Below are positions 50,891-60,710 of a stretch of DNA of 64,000 nucleotides, one piece after another (position 1 is the stretch's first letter; each line of letters begins with the position of its first letter). Source of the stretch: Candidatus Saccharimonadota bacterium (lineage in GTDB: Bacteria; Patescibacteriota; Saccharimonadia; Saccharimonadales; JACDBH01); assembly GCA_028289135.1 (NCBI GenBank), contig JAQGGW010000006.1:7334-71333 (forward strand), given 5' to 3'. The notes beneath the pieces were generated by a model. The model was given only the letters and a program-made list of their open reading frames with translations. It had not been told where the DNA came from and made no database searches. Both the position numbers and the translations under genes were made by a program.

Positions 50891-53800
50891 TTAAACGGGG
50901 AAATATTCCTTCCAATATTTAGGCGTAATATTCTTTAGTTCTTCGCTCGTTAGGCACTTGAGTAACAAACGGCCGGTTTCGGCATTGGTAAGAAGCGGCA
51001 CATGGTTGTCGATGGCTAGGCGGCGAATGCTGTACGCGTCTGAGCTGCTTTCGATCAAAGACGGCACACTAATCATAAGGTCAAATTTTTTGCCTTCAAT
51101 GGCTGATCTAAGGCTTGGTTCTTTTTTATCACGTATTTTGTAAAGCTTGGTAGAATTAATACCTTGTTTCTTAAGAAAATCATGTGTGCCTTCAGAAGTG
51201 TAAATTTTCCAGCCGTCTTTTTGCAGCGCCTTAGCTTCATCTATAAACTTCAGCTTGTGCTCGTCGGGTACGCTAATAAATACACGTTTGCCCTTGACCT
51301 GCTGCTCAGTGGCCAGCCACGAACTGTAAAAAGCTTCTTCCAGGCTATTCCCAAAACAAGCCACTTCGCCCGTGGAGGCCATTTCAACGCCGGCAACAGG
51401 GTCAGCGCCCTTCAAACGGTTATACGAAAACTGCGGGCTCTTTACGGCCACGTGATCAAGCTCAAGCGTTTGATAGGCAGTATTATTCGGCAGGCCGAGC
51501 ATTGCATCGATCGCAATCGCGATAAAATTATGTCCGGAAACTTTGGACACAAACGGGAAAGAGCGCGATGCCCGGACGTTGCACTCAATCACTTTAAGTT
51601 CATTATCCTTGGCAATAAACTGGATATTAAACGGCCCGGTAATGTTCAGGCTGCGGGCAACGTCTTTGGCAATCCTTTTGGCTCGCCGCACGGTTTCGAG
51701 ATACAACTGCTGGGCAGGGTAGACTACTGTTGCATCGCCCGAGTGCACGCCGGCATTTTCGATGTGCTCGCTCATGGCATAAATCAGCAGCTTGCCGTTT
51801 TGGGCAACGCCGTCGATCTCCAGCTCTTTGGCGTTTAAAATAAACCTTGAAATTACTACTGGATGGTCGGGTGAAAGATGAGTAGCACGGTTAAGATACA
51901 ACTCCAGCTCTTTTTCGGCCTTGATAACACTCATCGCTCCTCCGGACAAGACATACGAAGGACGCACAAGCAGCGGATAGCCAACTTTTTTGCCAAATGC
52001 CTTGGCGTTTTTTAGATTAGTTACTTCTTGCCACTCTGGCTGGTCAATTCCAAGGCCGCCAAGCATGGTTGAGAATTTTTGACGGTCTTCGGCCTTGTCG
52101 ATGTCTTCTGCTGATGTTCCCAAAATCGGGTAACCATTATGCGCTAGCGGCAAAGCAAGGTTGTTGGCAATCTGTCCGCCAACAGATACAACAATGCCCT
52201 CAGGAGTTTCAAAGTCGGCAATGTCCTGTAGTCGCTCAAGAGTTAATTCTTCAAAATAAAGTCTATCAGAGCGGTCAAAGTCGGTCGAGACGGTTTCAGG
52301 ATTAGAATTAACAATAATCGTTTTTTTGCCGCGTTTGGCGAGCGTCTTAGCAGTGTTAACGGCGCACCAGTCAAACTCAACCGAAGATCCGATGCAATAC
52401 GGCCCCGAACCAATGATTGCCACAGCTTTAGCGCCAAGTGGCTTCACATCGTTCGTCTCGCCGTGGTAAGTCACGTACAAATAATTTGTCTCGGCATCAA
52501 ATTCTCCTGCCAATGTGTCGATCTGCTTTACCACCGGCACCACGCCGTTTTTAACCCTAAACTTGCGAACTTTGGCTTCGGTATTTCCGCGGAGTCGCGC
52601 AATGGTTTTGTCCGAAAAACCTTGTTTTTTGGCGCGCATCAGCATGTCGGACTTTAGAGTCTTGGGCATGCGCAGATCTTCTTCGGTTTCCAATATATCT
52701 TTGAGGTGGTTCAAAAACCAATTATCAATCCTGGACAGGTCGTGAATTTTATCAACACTAACGCCTTCTTTTAGCGCATCATAAATGGCATACAGGCGCC
52801 TGTCGGTAGCGTTTTTAATTTCGTCCAGTTTGTCCGTAAATTCGTAAGGGTGAGCACTTAGGCCTTCAGCACCGATGTTAAGCATCCGAATGGCTTTTTG
52901 AAGCGCCTCAGGAAAAGACCGCCCAAGCGCCATTACTTCTCCAACGCTTTTCATCTCTGATCCAATGTGATGGTCACCAGCCTTAAGCTTAGTCAGATCC
53001 CAGCGCGGCATTTTAACTGCCAAATAATCGAGTGCTGGTTCATAAAATGCAGAAGTTTTGCCGGTGACTGCGTTTTTAAGCTCGTGCAGACGCTTGCCGA
53101 GCATCAGTTTTGAAGCCACAAATGCCAAAGGATAGCCGGTGGCTTTTGAAGCCAGCGCGCTAGAGCGGGAAAGGCGGGCGTTTACTTCAATGACGCGGTA
53201 ATCGCCATCAACTGGGTTCAATGCGTATTGGATGTTGCACTCGCCGATGATCCCGATGTGGTTAATGGTCTTAATAGCCATTTCTCGGAGACGATGGTAT
53301 TCTTCGTTTGTTAGGGTCTGTGAAGGCGCCACCACTATGCTTTCGCCGGTGTGGATACCCATCGGGTCAAAGTTCTCCATGTTACAGACGGTGATGGTGT
53401 TGCCGTCGATGTCGCGAACGACTTCGTATTCAACCTCTTTCCAACCCATCAAATATTCTTCGATCAAAACCTGCGAAACTGCCTTAAAAACCTCACCGGC
53501 ACGATGCTTTAGCTCGGCTTCATTGTCTATCCGTCCGGAGCCTAAACCGCCCAATGAAAAGCCGGAGCGCATCATAATTGGGTAGCCAATTTTTTTAGCG
53601 GCGGCCAATGCTTCTTTTAAGTTATAAGTAGCAATACTGCGGGCGGTTTTGGTGCCAATCTCTGACAAAACCTGCTTAAATATTTCGCGGTCCTCGGTGG
53701 CTTTAATAGCAGAAACAGGTGTCCCAAGTACGCGGATATTAAGCCTTTTTAAAACACCTGTGTCGTGGAGTTCAAGCCCAAGGTTTAAGGCTGTTTGGCC

Positions 53801-54073
53801 GCCAAAGCTCAGTGTAATTGCATCGGGCTTTTCTTGCTCCAAAATCTTGGTAACGGTTTTTGCGTTCAGCGGCTGGAAATAAATCTTGTCAGCCATGTCA
53901 TCATCGGTTTGGACTGTCGCGATGTTTGGATTAATTAAAACGGTGTAGATGCCTTCTTCTTTTAATGACTTAATGGCCTGCGAGCCGGAGTAGTCAAACT
54001 CGCCAGCTTGTCCAATACGCAAACCGCCAGAACCAAGGATTACGACTTTTTTGGGCATTTCTAATTTTTTCAT
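50891..54073 (-). CDS. carB: Carbamoyl-phosphate synthase large subunit
   Basis: 1060 aa. Duplicated ATP-grasp halves (ILGSGGLRIGQAGEFDYSG and IIGSGPYCIGSSVEFDW) and an MGS-like C-terminus. Confidence 0.97.
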   Translation of the reverse strand: MKKLEMPKKVVILGSGGLRIGQAGEFDYSGSQAIKSLKEEGIYTVLINPNIATVQTDDDMADKIYFQPLNAKTVTKILEQEKPDAITLSFGGQTALNLGLELHDTGVLKRLNIRVLGTPVSAIKATEDREIFKQVLSEIGTKTARSIATYNLKEALAAAKKIGYPIMMRSGFSLGGLGSGRIDNEAELKHRAGEVFKAVSQVLIEEYLMGWKEVEYEVVRDIDGNTITVCNMENFDPMGIHTGESIVVAPSQTLTNEEYHRLREMAIKTINHIGIIGECNIQYALNPVDGDYRVIEVNARLSRSSALASKATGYPLAFVASKLMLGKRLHELKNAVTGKTSAFYEPALDYLAVKMPRWDLTKLKAGDHHIGSEMKSVGEVMALGRSFPEALQKAIRMLNIGAEGLSAHPYEFTDKLDEIKNATDRRLYAIYDALKEGVSVDKIHDLSRIDNWFLNHLKDILETEEDLRMPKTLKSDMLMRAKKQGFSDKTIARLRGNTEAKVRKFRVKNGVVPVVKQIDTLAGEFDAETNYLYVTYHGETNDVKPLGAKAVAIIGSGPYCIGSSVEFDWCAVNTAKTLAKRGKKTIIVNSNPETVSTDFDRSDRLYFEELTLERLQDIADFETPEGIVVSVGGQIANNLALPLAHNGYPILGTSAEDIDKAEDRQKFSTMLGGLGIDQPEWQEVTNLKNAKAFGKKVGYPLLVRPSYVLSGGAMSVIKAEKELELYLNRATHLSPDHPVVISRFILNAKELEIDGVAQNGKLLIYAMSEHIENAGVHSGDATVVYPAQQLYLETVRRAKRIAKDVARSLNITGPFNIQFIAKDNELKVIECNVRASRSFPFVSKVSGHNFIAIAIDAMLGLPNNTAYQTLELDHVAVKSPQFSYNRLKGADPVAGVEMASTGEVACFGNSLEEAFYSSWLATEQQVKGKRVFISVPDEHKLKFIDEAKALQKDGWKIYTSEGTHDFLKKQGINSTKLYKIRDKKEPSLRSAIEGKKFDLMISVPSLIESSSDAYSIRRLAIDNHVPLLTNAETGRLLLKCLTSEELKNITPKYWKEYFPV

Positions 54074-55215
54074 AGCAGCTTCCTAAACTTTTCGAACAAA
54101 AAGTTAGTGTCGGTTGGTCCGGGGCAGGCTTCGGGGTGAAACTGCACGGAAAAGAATGGTTTGCTAACATGTTTGATGCCTTCAACCGAATCATCATTTA
54201 AGTTTCTAAACCAAACATCCCAATTTTTTGGCAAAGATTTTGCATCAAGCGCATAGCCATGGTTTTGGCTCGTAATATAACACCGCTCCGTATCGCTTTC
54301 CATGCATGGCTGGTTGTGGCCGCGGTGGCCAAACTTGAGCTTAAACGTCTTGCCGCCAGCCGCGAGGCCCAAAACCTGGTTACCAAGACAAATACCAAAA
54401 ACCGGTTTGCCAATTTTTAAAGCTTTTCTAGCAACGGCAATTGTTGGAGCATAGTCAGTTGGGTCGCCCGGGCCGTTGGACAACACCACACCGTCATAAT
54501 TTTCTTTTGTATAGTCATAATCATAAGGCACCTTTTTGACCTGGAGTTTCATGGCGCACAAAGACCGCAAAATATTATCCTTGGCTCCGCAGTCCACCAA
54601 AATCACTTTTTTCTTACTTTTTGGGTTATAAATTTCAGGTTCGGTGATCGATATAATTTTGCTTTCCAGTTTCATGTCTTTTGGCTTGGCCTGCGTAGTT
54701 CCAATGGAGCCGGCCATGGTGCCTTTTACGCGCAGATGTTTGGTCAGCGAGCGTGTATCAACATCATATAAAACCGGGATATTTTGTGACTTTAACCACT
54801 CCGCCAGGCTAATTTCGGGCTTGGTGTGACTTGGGTGCGCCGCCAGCTCACTCATAATAACGCCAGCTACCTGGATTTTGCCCGACTCCGCAGAGGCTAG
54901 CGAAACGCCGTAATTGCCAATCAAAGGATAGGTAAATACTAGGATTTGGTTGGAGTAAGAAGGGTCGGTAATAGACTCGACATAGCCGCTCATACCAGTG
55001 TTAAAAACAACTTCGCCCGTAAAACTGCCTGTTTGCCAATCCGGCATTTTGCCGCCGAATGTTGACCCATCGCTTAAGTCCAGCCGTCCAGTTTTGGAAC
55101 TAAAAAAATCGCCCCCGGAAGAGCGATTAATACGCGTTGTCTTAGTAGTCTTGACCGGTCGCGATTTATTTACCATGTTGCATAAAAATGTAACAGATAT
55201 AAGAGCGGGGATCAA
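54070..55215 (-). CDS. carA: Carbamoyl-phosphate synthase small (glutaminase) subunit
   Basis: GICLGNQ (Cys nucleophile) and FSVQFHPEA motifs. ATGA overlap with carB. The N-terminus carries an extra 35-50 aa, and ATG 55176 is an alternative start. Confidence 0.9.
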   Translation of the reverse strand: MIPALISVTFLCNMVNKSRPVKTTKTTRINRSSGGDFFSSKTGRLDLSDGSTFGGKMPDWQTGSFTGEVVFNTGMSGYVESITDPSYSNQILVFTYPLIGNYGVSLASAESGKIQVAGVIMSELAAHPSHTKPEISLAEWLKSQNIPVLYDVDTRSLTKHLRVKGTMAGSIGTTQAKPKDMKLESKIISITEPEIYNPKSKKKVILVDCGAKDNILRSLCAMKLQVKKVPYDYDYTKENYDGVVLSNGPGDPTDYAPTIAVARKALKIGKPVFGICLGNQVLGLAAGGKTFKLKFGHRGHNQPCMESDTERCYITSQNHGYALDAKSLPKNWDVWFRNLNDDSVEGIKHVSKPFFSVQFHPEACPGPTDTNFLFEKFRKLL

Positions 55216-55266
55216 TAAGCGTTAGCTATAATACAACGTCTTTTAGTTACGAGGTTCAGTAAATAG

Positions 55267-55413
55267 TTATTTTGGCAAAGCCAACTTTTCAAAACAGTCG
55301 ACGCACAGATGGTATTTTCTAACTTTTGAACTTTCATCTGGCGGGCTCAGCACAATCGCTCCAAATTCTGTTAGTTCTTTGCCACAGGTGTCACAAGTTG
55401 GTTTTATAGCCAT
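55267..55413 (-). CDS. Small zinc-ribbon protein (hypothetical)
   Basis: 48 aa from the internal ATG: MAIKPTCDTCGKEL...YHLCVDCFEKL, with two CxxC pairs. The longer 63-aa version from 55458 is possible. Confidence 0.45.
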   Translation of the reverse strand: MAIKPTCDTCGKELTEFGAIVLSPPDESSKVRKYHLCVDCFEKLALPK

Positions 55414-55523
55414 ATAGACATTGTATATTAAGAAGTTAAAACTACCCTGTCTAGTCATAGCCTCTCCGTGCTATAGTTATTGTAGTTATGGTTAAGTGTA
55501 AATAGGGATGAAACAAAGGGTTA

Positions 55524-56435
55524 ATGGCTAAGCCAAAACACAAGTTAGGCATGGGCAAAACTGTTGGGCTTATACTCGCCGGGCTTGTTTGCTTTGTATT
55601 GGTAAATGCAGCACTACTTCACGGGACAAATCTCGCGCTCTTTAGCCCCCAAGGCTACATTGCGGGCGAAGAGCATCGGCTTATGCTCTACACTGTTTTT
55701 ATATTGCTCGACATTGGGATCCCGACCCTAATTTTATTTTATTTTGTTGCTTGGAAGTACAGGGAAACAAACAAAAAAGCGGAACATACTCCCAATGAAA
55801 GTAGCGGCAAATCCTTAGTATTTCTAACTTGGGCAATTCCATTTGCTATTATGGGTCTTTTGGCGGCAGTTATGTGGCCGGCAACCCACCGGCTCGCCCC
55901 AAGACAAGCACTTATTTCTGACGTTAAGCCGATGACCATTGAAGTAATCGCCATGCGCTGGAAATGGTTGTTTATATATCCAGAGCAAAATATAGCGGCA
56001 GTCAACTTTGTTCAGATTCCGACCGATACTCCTGTGCAGTTTGTTTTAACCGCTGACGAAACACCTATGAGTTCTTTTTGGATCCCTAAGCTTGGCGGCC
56101 AGCTGTACGCTATGACAGGTCATCAAAACTTGCTTAATCTGATGGCTACAAGCCCTGGTGATTATCCGGGCAGAACAGCCGAAATTAACGGGTCTGGATT
56201 TGCTGGCATGACATTTACCGCCCGCGCCAGTACAACGGATGATTTTAATAGTTGGGTTCAAGATACACGGCTGGCTTCTGACGTGCTAGACAGCTCAACT
56301 TATAATAAGCTGCTAAAGCCAAGCGAGAATATGCCAAGTACTGTCTATGCGCGAACTGATCCAAATTTGTATAACAACTTGCTTGTAAAATACAGCGGCA
56401 CCCATGGCGGTCACGCAGAAACGGCTACGGAATGA
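55524..56435 (+). CDS. cyoA: Cytochrome o/bo3-type quinol oxidase subunit II
   Basis: Two N-terminal TM spans. The cupredoxin domain FWIPKLGGQLYAMTGHQNLLNLMATSPGDYPGRTAEINGSGFAGM parallels the E. coli CyoA region and lacks the CuA Cys/His ligands. Confidence 0.85.
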   Translation: MAKPKHKLGMGKTVGLILAGLVCFVLVNAALLHGTNLALFSPQGYIAGEEHRLMLYTVFILLDIGIPTLILFYFVAWKYRETNKKAEHTPNESSGKSLVFLTWAIPFAIMGLLAAVMWPATHRLAPRQALISDVKPMTIEVIAMRWKWLFIYPEQNIAAVNFVQIPTDTPVQFVLTADETPMSSFWIPKLGGQLYAMTGHQNLLNLMATSPGDYPGRTAEINGSGFAGMTFTARASTTDDFNSWVQDTRLASDVLDSSTYNKLLKPSENMPSTVYARTDPNLYNNLLVKYSGTHGGHAETATE

Positions 56436-58525
56436 AAGAATTTTTAATCGGCAGGCTAAACCTCGAAGCATTGCCGCATGAATGGTTTACTATCGGCGGC
56501 ACGGCAGCATTTTTTGCTATGGCACTGTTGGCCGTTACTGTCATCACCCGCATGAAGCGCTGGAAGTGGCTCTGGAACGAATGGTTTACCAGTGTTGATC
56601 CAAAAAAGATTGGGATAATGTATTTCTTAGTCTCCGGCTTTATGCTGCTGCGCGGCGGCCTGGACGCGCTGATGATGTGGCTCCAGCAGTCGCTTTCCTC
56701 AGGATCATCACACGGCTATCTATCGGCTAACCACTACCAGCAAATTTTTACAGCGCACGGCAATATTATGGTCTTTTTTGTCGCCATGGGCTTTGTGTTT
56801 GGGCTAATTAACTACATTGTTCCACTCCAGATTGGCGCGCGTGACCTGGCATCGCCTTTCCTAAACACCCTAGGTTTTTGGCTGTTTGTGGCCGGTGTTA
56901 TTATGATCAACACCTTCTTCGTTTTTGGCGGACAATATGCCGCGACTGGCTGGCTTGCTGTCGCGCCGCTTTCTGGGACGCAGTTTAGTCCTGGAGTTGG
57001 AGTGGACTACTGGATATGGAGCTTGCAGATTTCAGGAATCGGTACGACTCTGGGCGCAATTAACTTTATTATGACCATCCTCAAGATGCGCGCGCCAGGT
57101 ATGAGCCTGCGCAAAATGCCGCTATTTACTTGGGGTTCACTCTGCAGCATGGTAATGGCCGTAACTGTTTTCCCACTTCTTACCATGACGCTTTTCTTGA
57201 TGTTTTTTGATAGGTATTTTGGCGCGCACTTCTTTACGACCACGCTTGGCGGCAACGCCATGATGTATACCAACCTCATCTGGATGTGGGGCCACCCGGA
57301 AGTATACATTTTGATGCTGCCGTCGTTTGGAGTTTTCTCGGAAATTGTCAGTACATTTAGCCGCAAAGCAACCGCAAGCTATTGGACAAACGTCGGCGGT
57401 ATGACCGGTGTCTCGGCCTTCGCACTCTCTGTCTGGCTGCATCACTTCTTTACTATGGGTTCCAGTGCCGATGTGAATGCCTTTTTTGGACTGATGACCA
57501 TGATCATTGCCATCCCGACGTCGGTGCTGTTTTTTAACTGGATCGCCACCATGTATAAAGGCAAGATAAAGTTTGACACACCGATGCTGTGGTTCTTAGG
57601 CTTTGTTGCTTTGTTTGCGGTTGGCGGAATGGCAGGCGTTATGATGGCCGTGCCGCCGATTGATTTCCAGCTGCACAACAGCTTGTTTTTGGTGGCGCAT
57701 TTTCACACTATGGTTGTCGGCGGCGTATTGTTTGGCATTTTTGCGGGACTTAGTTATTGGTTTCCCAAAATCGCAGGATTCCGGCTCAACGAACGGATTG
57801 GCAAGTACGCTTTTTGGTGCTGGACGGTAGGATTTATTATGGCATTTACACCGCTTTATATTCTTGGATTTATGGGCGCGACCAGACGGCTTGACCATTA
57901 CGATGCCTCGACTGGTTTTCGGCCATTTTTCATTATGGCTCTGCTCGGCGGCATTGTTATCATGGCAGGCGTTTTGCTCCAAATTGTGCAGATTATTGCT
58001 AGTGTAATGCAGAGAAGGCGCCTTGCCGATCCAACCGGCGACCCATGGGGCGGCCGTACTCTGGAATGGGCTGTGCCTTCAACTCCGCCGTCTTACAACT
58101 TTACGATTATTCCAGAAGTGACTTCACGCGACGCATTCTTAGAAATGAAAAAACAAGGCCTGCCGACCAAAAAAGTATTTGAAGACATCCATATGCCGCG
58201 CAATACCTCATCGGGCATCTACATTTCCGGCTTCGCGTACTTGCTTGGTTTTGGATTTGTCTGGCACATTGTCTGGCTGATTATTCTTGGTGTTTTGGGT
58301 ATACTGACATGTTTAATTAAGAGGACGTTTAACGAAGATACCGAGTTTACCATTACGGCCGCAGAGGTTGAGGATATGGAAGAAAAGCGCATTAAAAAAG
58401 CTCACGCCTCACGCGCGGGCAAAGACCTTGGCACCGATGAAGACATGGGGCTTAAAGAATTTATAATAATCGTTATCAAATGGGCGCTGGACATTGTTAA
58501 AAATAAAAGGTGGAAAAAATGGTAG
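56432..58525 (+). CDS. cyoB: Quinol oxidase subunit I (heme-copper oxidase)
   Basis: WFFGHPEVY-type block (LIWMWGHPEVYILMLPSFG) and HHFFTMG and HFHTMVVGG His ligands. 697 aa. Confidence 0.95.
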   Translation: MKEFLIGRLNLEALPHEWFTIGGTAAFFAMALLAVTVITRMKRWKWLWNEWFTSVDPKKIGIMYFLVSGFMLLRGGLDALMMWLQQSLSSGSSHGYLSANHYQQIFTAHGNIMVFFVAMGFVFGLINYIVPLQIGARDLASPFLNTLGFWLFVAGVIMINTFFVFGGQYAATGWLAVAPLSGTQFSPGVGVDYWIWSLQISGIGTTLGAINFIMTILKMRAPGMSLRKMPLFTWGSLCSMVMAVTVFPLLTMTLFLMFFDRYFGAHFFTTTLGGNAMMYTNLIWMWGHPEVYILMLPSFGVFSEIVSTFSRKATASYWTNVGGMTGVSAFALSVWLHHFFTMGSSADVNAFFGLMTMIIAIPTSVLFFNWIATMYKGKIKFDTPMLWFLGFVALFAVGGMAGVMMAVPPIDFQLHNSLFLVAHFHTMVVGGVLFGIFAGLSYWFPKIAGFRLNERIGKYAFWCWTVGFIMAFTPLYILGFMGATRRLDHYDASTGFRPFFIMALLGGIVIMAGVLLQIVQIIASVMQRRRLADPTGDPWGGRTLEWAVPSTPPSYNFTIIPEVTSRDAFLEMKKQGLPTKKVFEDIHMPRNTSSGIYISGFAYLLGFGFVWHIVWLIILGVLGILTCLIKRTFNEDTEFTITAAEVEDMEEKRIKKAHASRAGKDLGTDEDMGLKEFIIIVIKWALDIVKNKRWKKW

Positions 58526-59109
58526 AACACAGTGAGCTAATTCACGAAGAAGCGGCCACCGAGCGGGCAATGTTTGGTTTTTGGGTCTACCTGATGACGG
58601 ACCTTCTCATGTTTGCCGTGCTATTCGCGGTCTATGCGGTTTTGCATGACAACACGCTTAACGGGCCGACAGGCAAAGATTTATTTAGCTTGCCGCTAGC
58701 TTTGTCCGAAACGCTAATTCTTTTAACCAGTAGCTTTACGAGTGGTATTGGTATTGTTGCCGCCAGGGAAGGAAACAAAAAGCAGGTTTTCACTTGGTTT
58801 GGCCTGACATTTTTGCTTGGCCTAGCATTCCTTGGGCTGGAGCTTAAAGAATTTACAGAATTTATACATGCCGGGCACACCATTAGCAGCAACGCTTTTT
58901 TCTCGTCGTTTTTCGCGCTGGTTGGCACGCATGGATTGCACATTATCTCTGGACTTCTTTGGATGGGAATTACGCTTTACTACGTCTCAAAGCGCGGACT
59001 CACCAAATCTATGGTACGCAAATTGACCCTGCTGAGCCTGTTTTGGCACTTTCTTGATATTGTCTGGATCTTTATCTTTACCATAGTGTATCTGAGGGCA
59101 TTTGTATGA
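58510..59109 (+). CDS. cyoC: Quinol oxidase subunit III
   Basis: 199 aa with 5 TM spans. FGFWVYLMTDLLMFAVLF and LFWHFLDIVWIFIFT are typical. Confidence 0.9.
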   Translation: MEKMVEHSELIHEEAATERAMFGFWVYLMTDLLMFAVLFAVYAVLHDNTLNGPTGKDLFSLPLALSETLILLTSSFTSGIGIVAAREGNKKQVFTWFGLTFLLGLAFLGLELKEFTEFIHAGHTISSNAFFSSFFALVGTHGLHIISGLLWMGITLYYVSKRGLTKSMVRKLTLLSLFWHFLDIVWIFIFTIVYLRAFV

Positions 59110-59780
59110 GCATAAAAAATCCAAAAGGCGAAGGCGATGCAACCAAGTCCTACTTTATCGGCTTCTTTTTATCACTGCTGTTTACTGCAGTTCCATATTA
59201 TTTAGTTACCAGCAAAACCGTTTCCGGCACGGCGCTGCTTGCTACAATTGTTAGCATTGCAGTCATTCAAATGGCTATCCAGGTATTCTTCTTCCTCCAT
59301 CTTGGCCGCGGACCAAAGCCGCTTTATAACGTCGTTTTCTTTGCGGGCACTGTGGGGCTCATTTTAGTTGTTGTCATTGGGTCAATATTTATTATGAATA
59401 ACCTGCACTACAATATGGCGCCGGCCGACGTTACGACCAAACTTGCACAAGACGAAAGTATTGCGCAGGTTAGCGGCACTAGCACCGGTGCCTGCCAGGA
59501 AGTCTACAAGAATTACCAAGTTATATTTACGGATGGCAAAATGAGCCCTCACAGCATAAACGCGCATCTATGTGACACGCTTACTTTCGTAAACAAAGAC
59601 AGCAGCGCGCATATTGTTGTTTTTGGAACATACCCACAGGATGCCAGTTATAGCGGGGAAGCGGACTTAAACGTAAACAAAAGCGTTCCTCAAACTATTA
59701 CTTTAAACCAGTTGGGTTCATATCAATTTTACGACCAGCTTGACCGTCAAACAACGGGCGACTTTACCGTTAGCCCATAA
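59106..59780 (+). CDS. cyoD: Quinol oxidase subunit IV fused to a C-terminal cupredoxin-like domain of about 100 aa without copper ligands
   Basis: The N-terminal 115 or so residues match CyoD (SYFIGFFLSLLFTAVPYY...VIQMAIQVFFFLHL...IFIMNNLHYNM). The C-terminal part has LCDTLTFVNKDSSAHIVVF and YQFYDQLDRQTTGDFTV, which resemble cupredoxin strands with Cys, His and Met replaced. Confidence 0.75.
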   Translation: MSIKNPKGEGDATKSYFIGFFLSLLFTAVPYYLVTSKTVSGTALLATIVSIAVIQMAIQVFFFLHLGRGPKPLYNVVFFAGTVGLILVVVIGSIFIMNNLHYNMAPADVTTKLAQDESIAQVSGTSTGACQEVYKNYQVIFTDGKMSPHSINAHLCDTLTFVNKDSSAHIVVFGTYPQDASYSGEADLNVNKSVPQTITLNQLGSYQFYDQLDRQTTGDFTVSP

Positions 59781-60710
59781 ATGGAAAAGTTTGATTTTAA
59801 GATAAATAATTTGGCCGCGTATCTGGAACAAGTGGACCAAAAGTTAAAATCAGTTGGTACAAAAGATATTCCTGGCTTAGACCGTATGTTGGTTGCGCGC
59901 GGTAAAAGATTACGGCCAAGCCTAGTTATTGCTATTGCTGAGTATTGCGGCGTTAAAATAGATGAAAAAGTTATTACTGCGGCCGCGGCTGTGGAGCTCG
60001 TGCACCTCGCGAGCCTAGTGCATGACGACATTATCGACAATGGCACACTGCGCTGGGGTGTGCCAACCATAAACACTATGGAGGGAGCTACAGCGGCGTT
60101 ATTGGCAGGAGATTACCTATTGGCCAAAGGCTGCGCGCTGGCGGCTTCGTGCGGGGCGCAGGCTGGGGTTGTCATGGCCGAAACCATCGCAAGTTTGTGC
60201 GAAGGCCAGGCAAAGGAAATTGCCGATCAGTTTAACATCGCACGCACTGTCGAGTCACTTAACGCTGCCATAAAAGGCAAAACTTGTTCTATGTTTGTTG
60301 CCGCTTGTACGCTGGGCGGTTTGGCCGCAATGTTAGATTCAGAGGATACAAATACGCTGTCTGAATTTGCCGAATACTTTGGCCTTGCTTTCCAATACAT
60401 GGACGACATTTCCGACTTTACCAATTCACGCGAAACAACAGGTAAATCTGCAACCAGCGACATACAAACAGGCAACTACACTTTGCCGGTGATTTTATCT
60501 TTGCAGCGTCCGAATAAGGCAAAACTAAATAAACTCCTTAAAACCCCAAATACTCCAACTCAAGACATTCTTAATATCTTAATACAAGACAGATCAATCA
60601 ATAAAGCACAAAGAGAAGCTCAATTTTATCTAAATAATGCCGTAAAAAGCCTATCAAAACTCAAAAATAATGATTTAAAAAACGGCCTTACGAATCTTAT
60701 TAAATTTTAG
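59781..60710 (+). CDS. Polyprenyl diphosphate synthase (trans-IPPS family)
   Basis: First Asp-rich motif LVHDDIIDNGTLRWGVPT and second motif FQYMDDISDF. Starts 1 nt after the cyoD stop. Confidence 0.85.
   Translation: MEKFDFKINNLAAYLEQVDQKLKSVGTKDIPGLDRMLVARGKRLRPSLVIAIAEYCGVKIDEKVITAAAAVELVHLASLVHDDIIDNGTLRWGVPTINTMEGATAALLAGDYLLAKGCALAASCGAQAGVVMAETIASLCEGQAKEIADQFNIARTVESLNAAIKGKTCSMFVAACTLGGLAAMLDSEDTNTLSEFAEYFGLAFQYMDDISDFTNSRETTGKSATSDIQTGNYTLPVILSLQRPNKAKLNKLLKTPNTPTQDILNILIQDRSINKAQREAQFYLNNAVKSLSKLKNNDLKNGLTNLIKF

Noticed and set aside
50958-53882. Multiple plus-strand ORFs (61-224 aa) within the carB region.
   Set aside because: carB is unambiguous on the minus strand across the whole interval. 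These are antisense artefacts.
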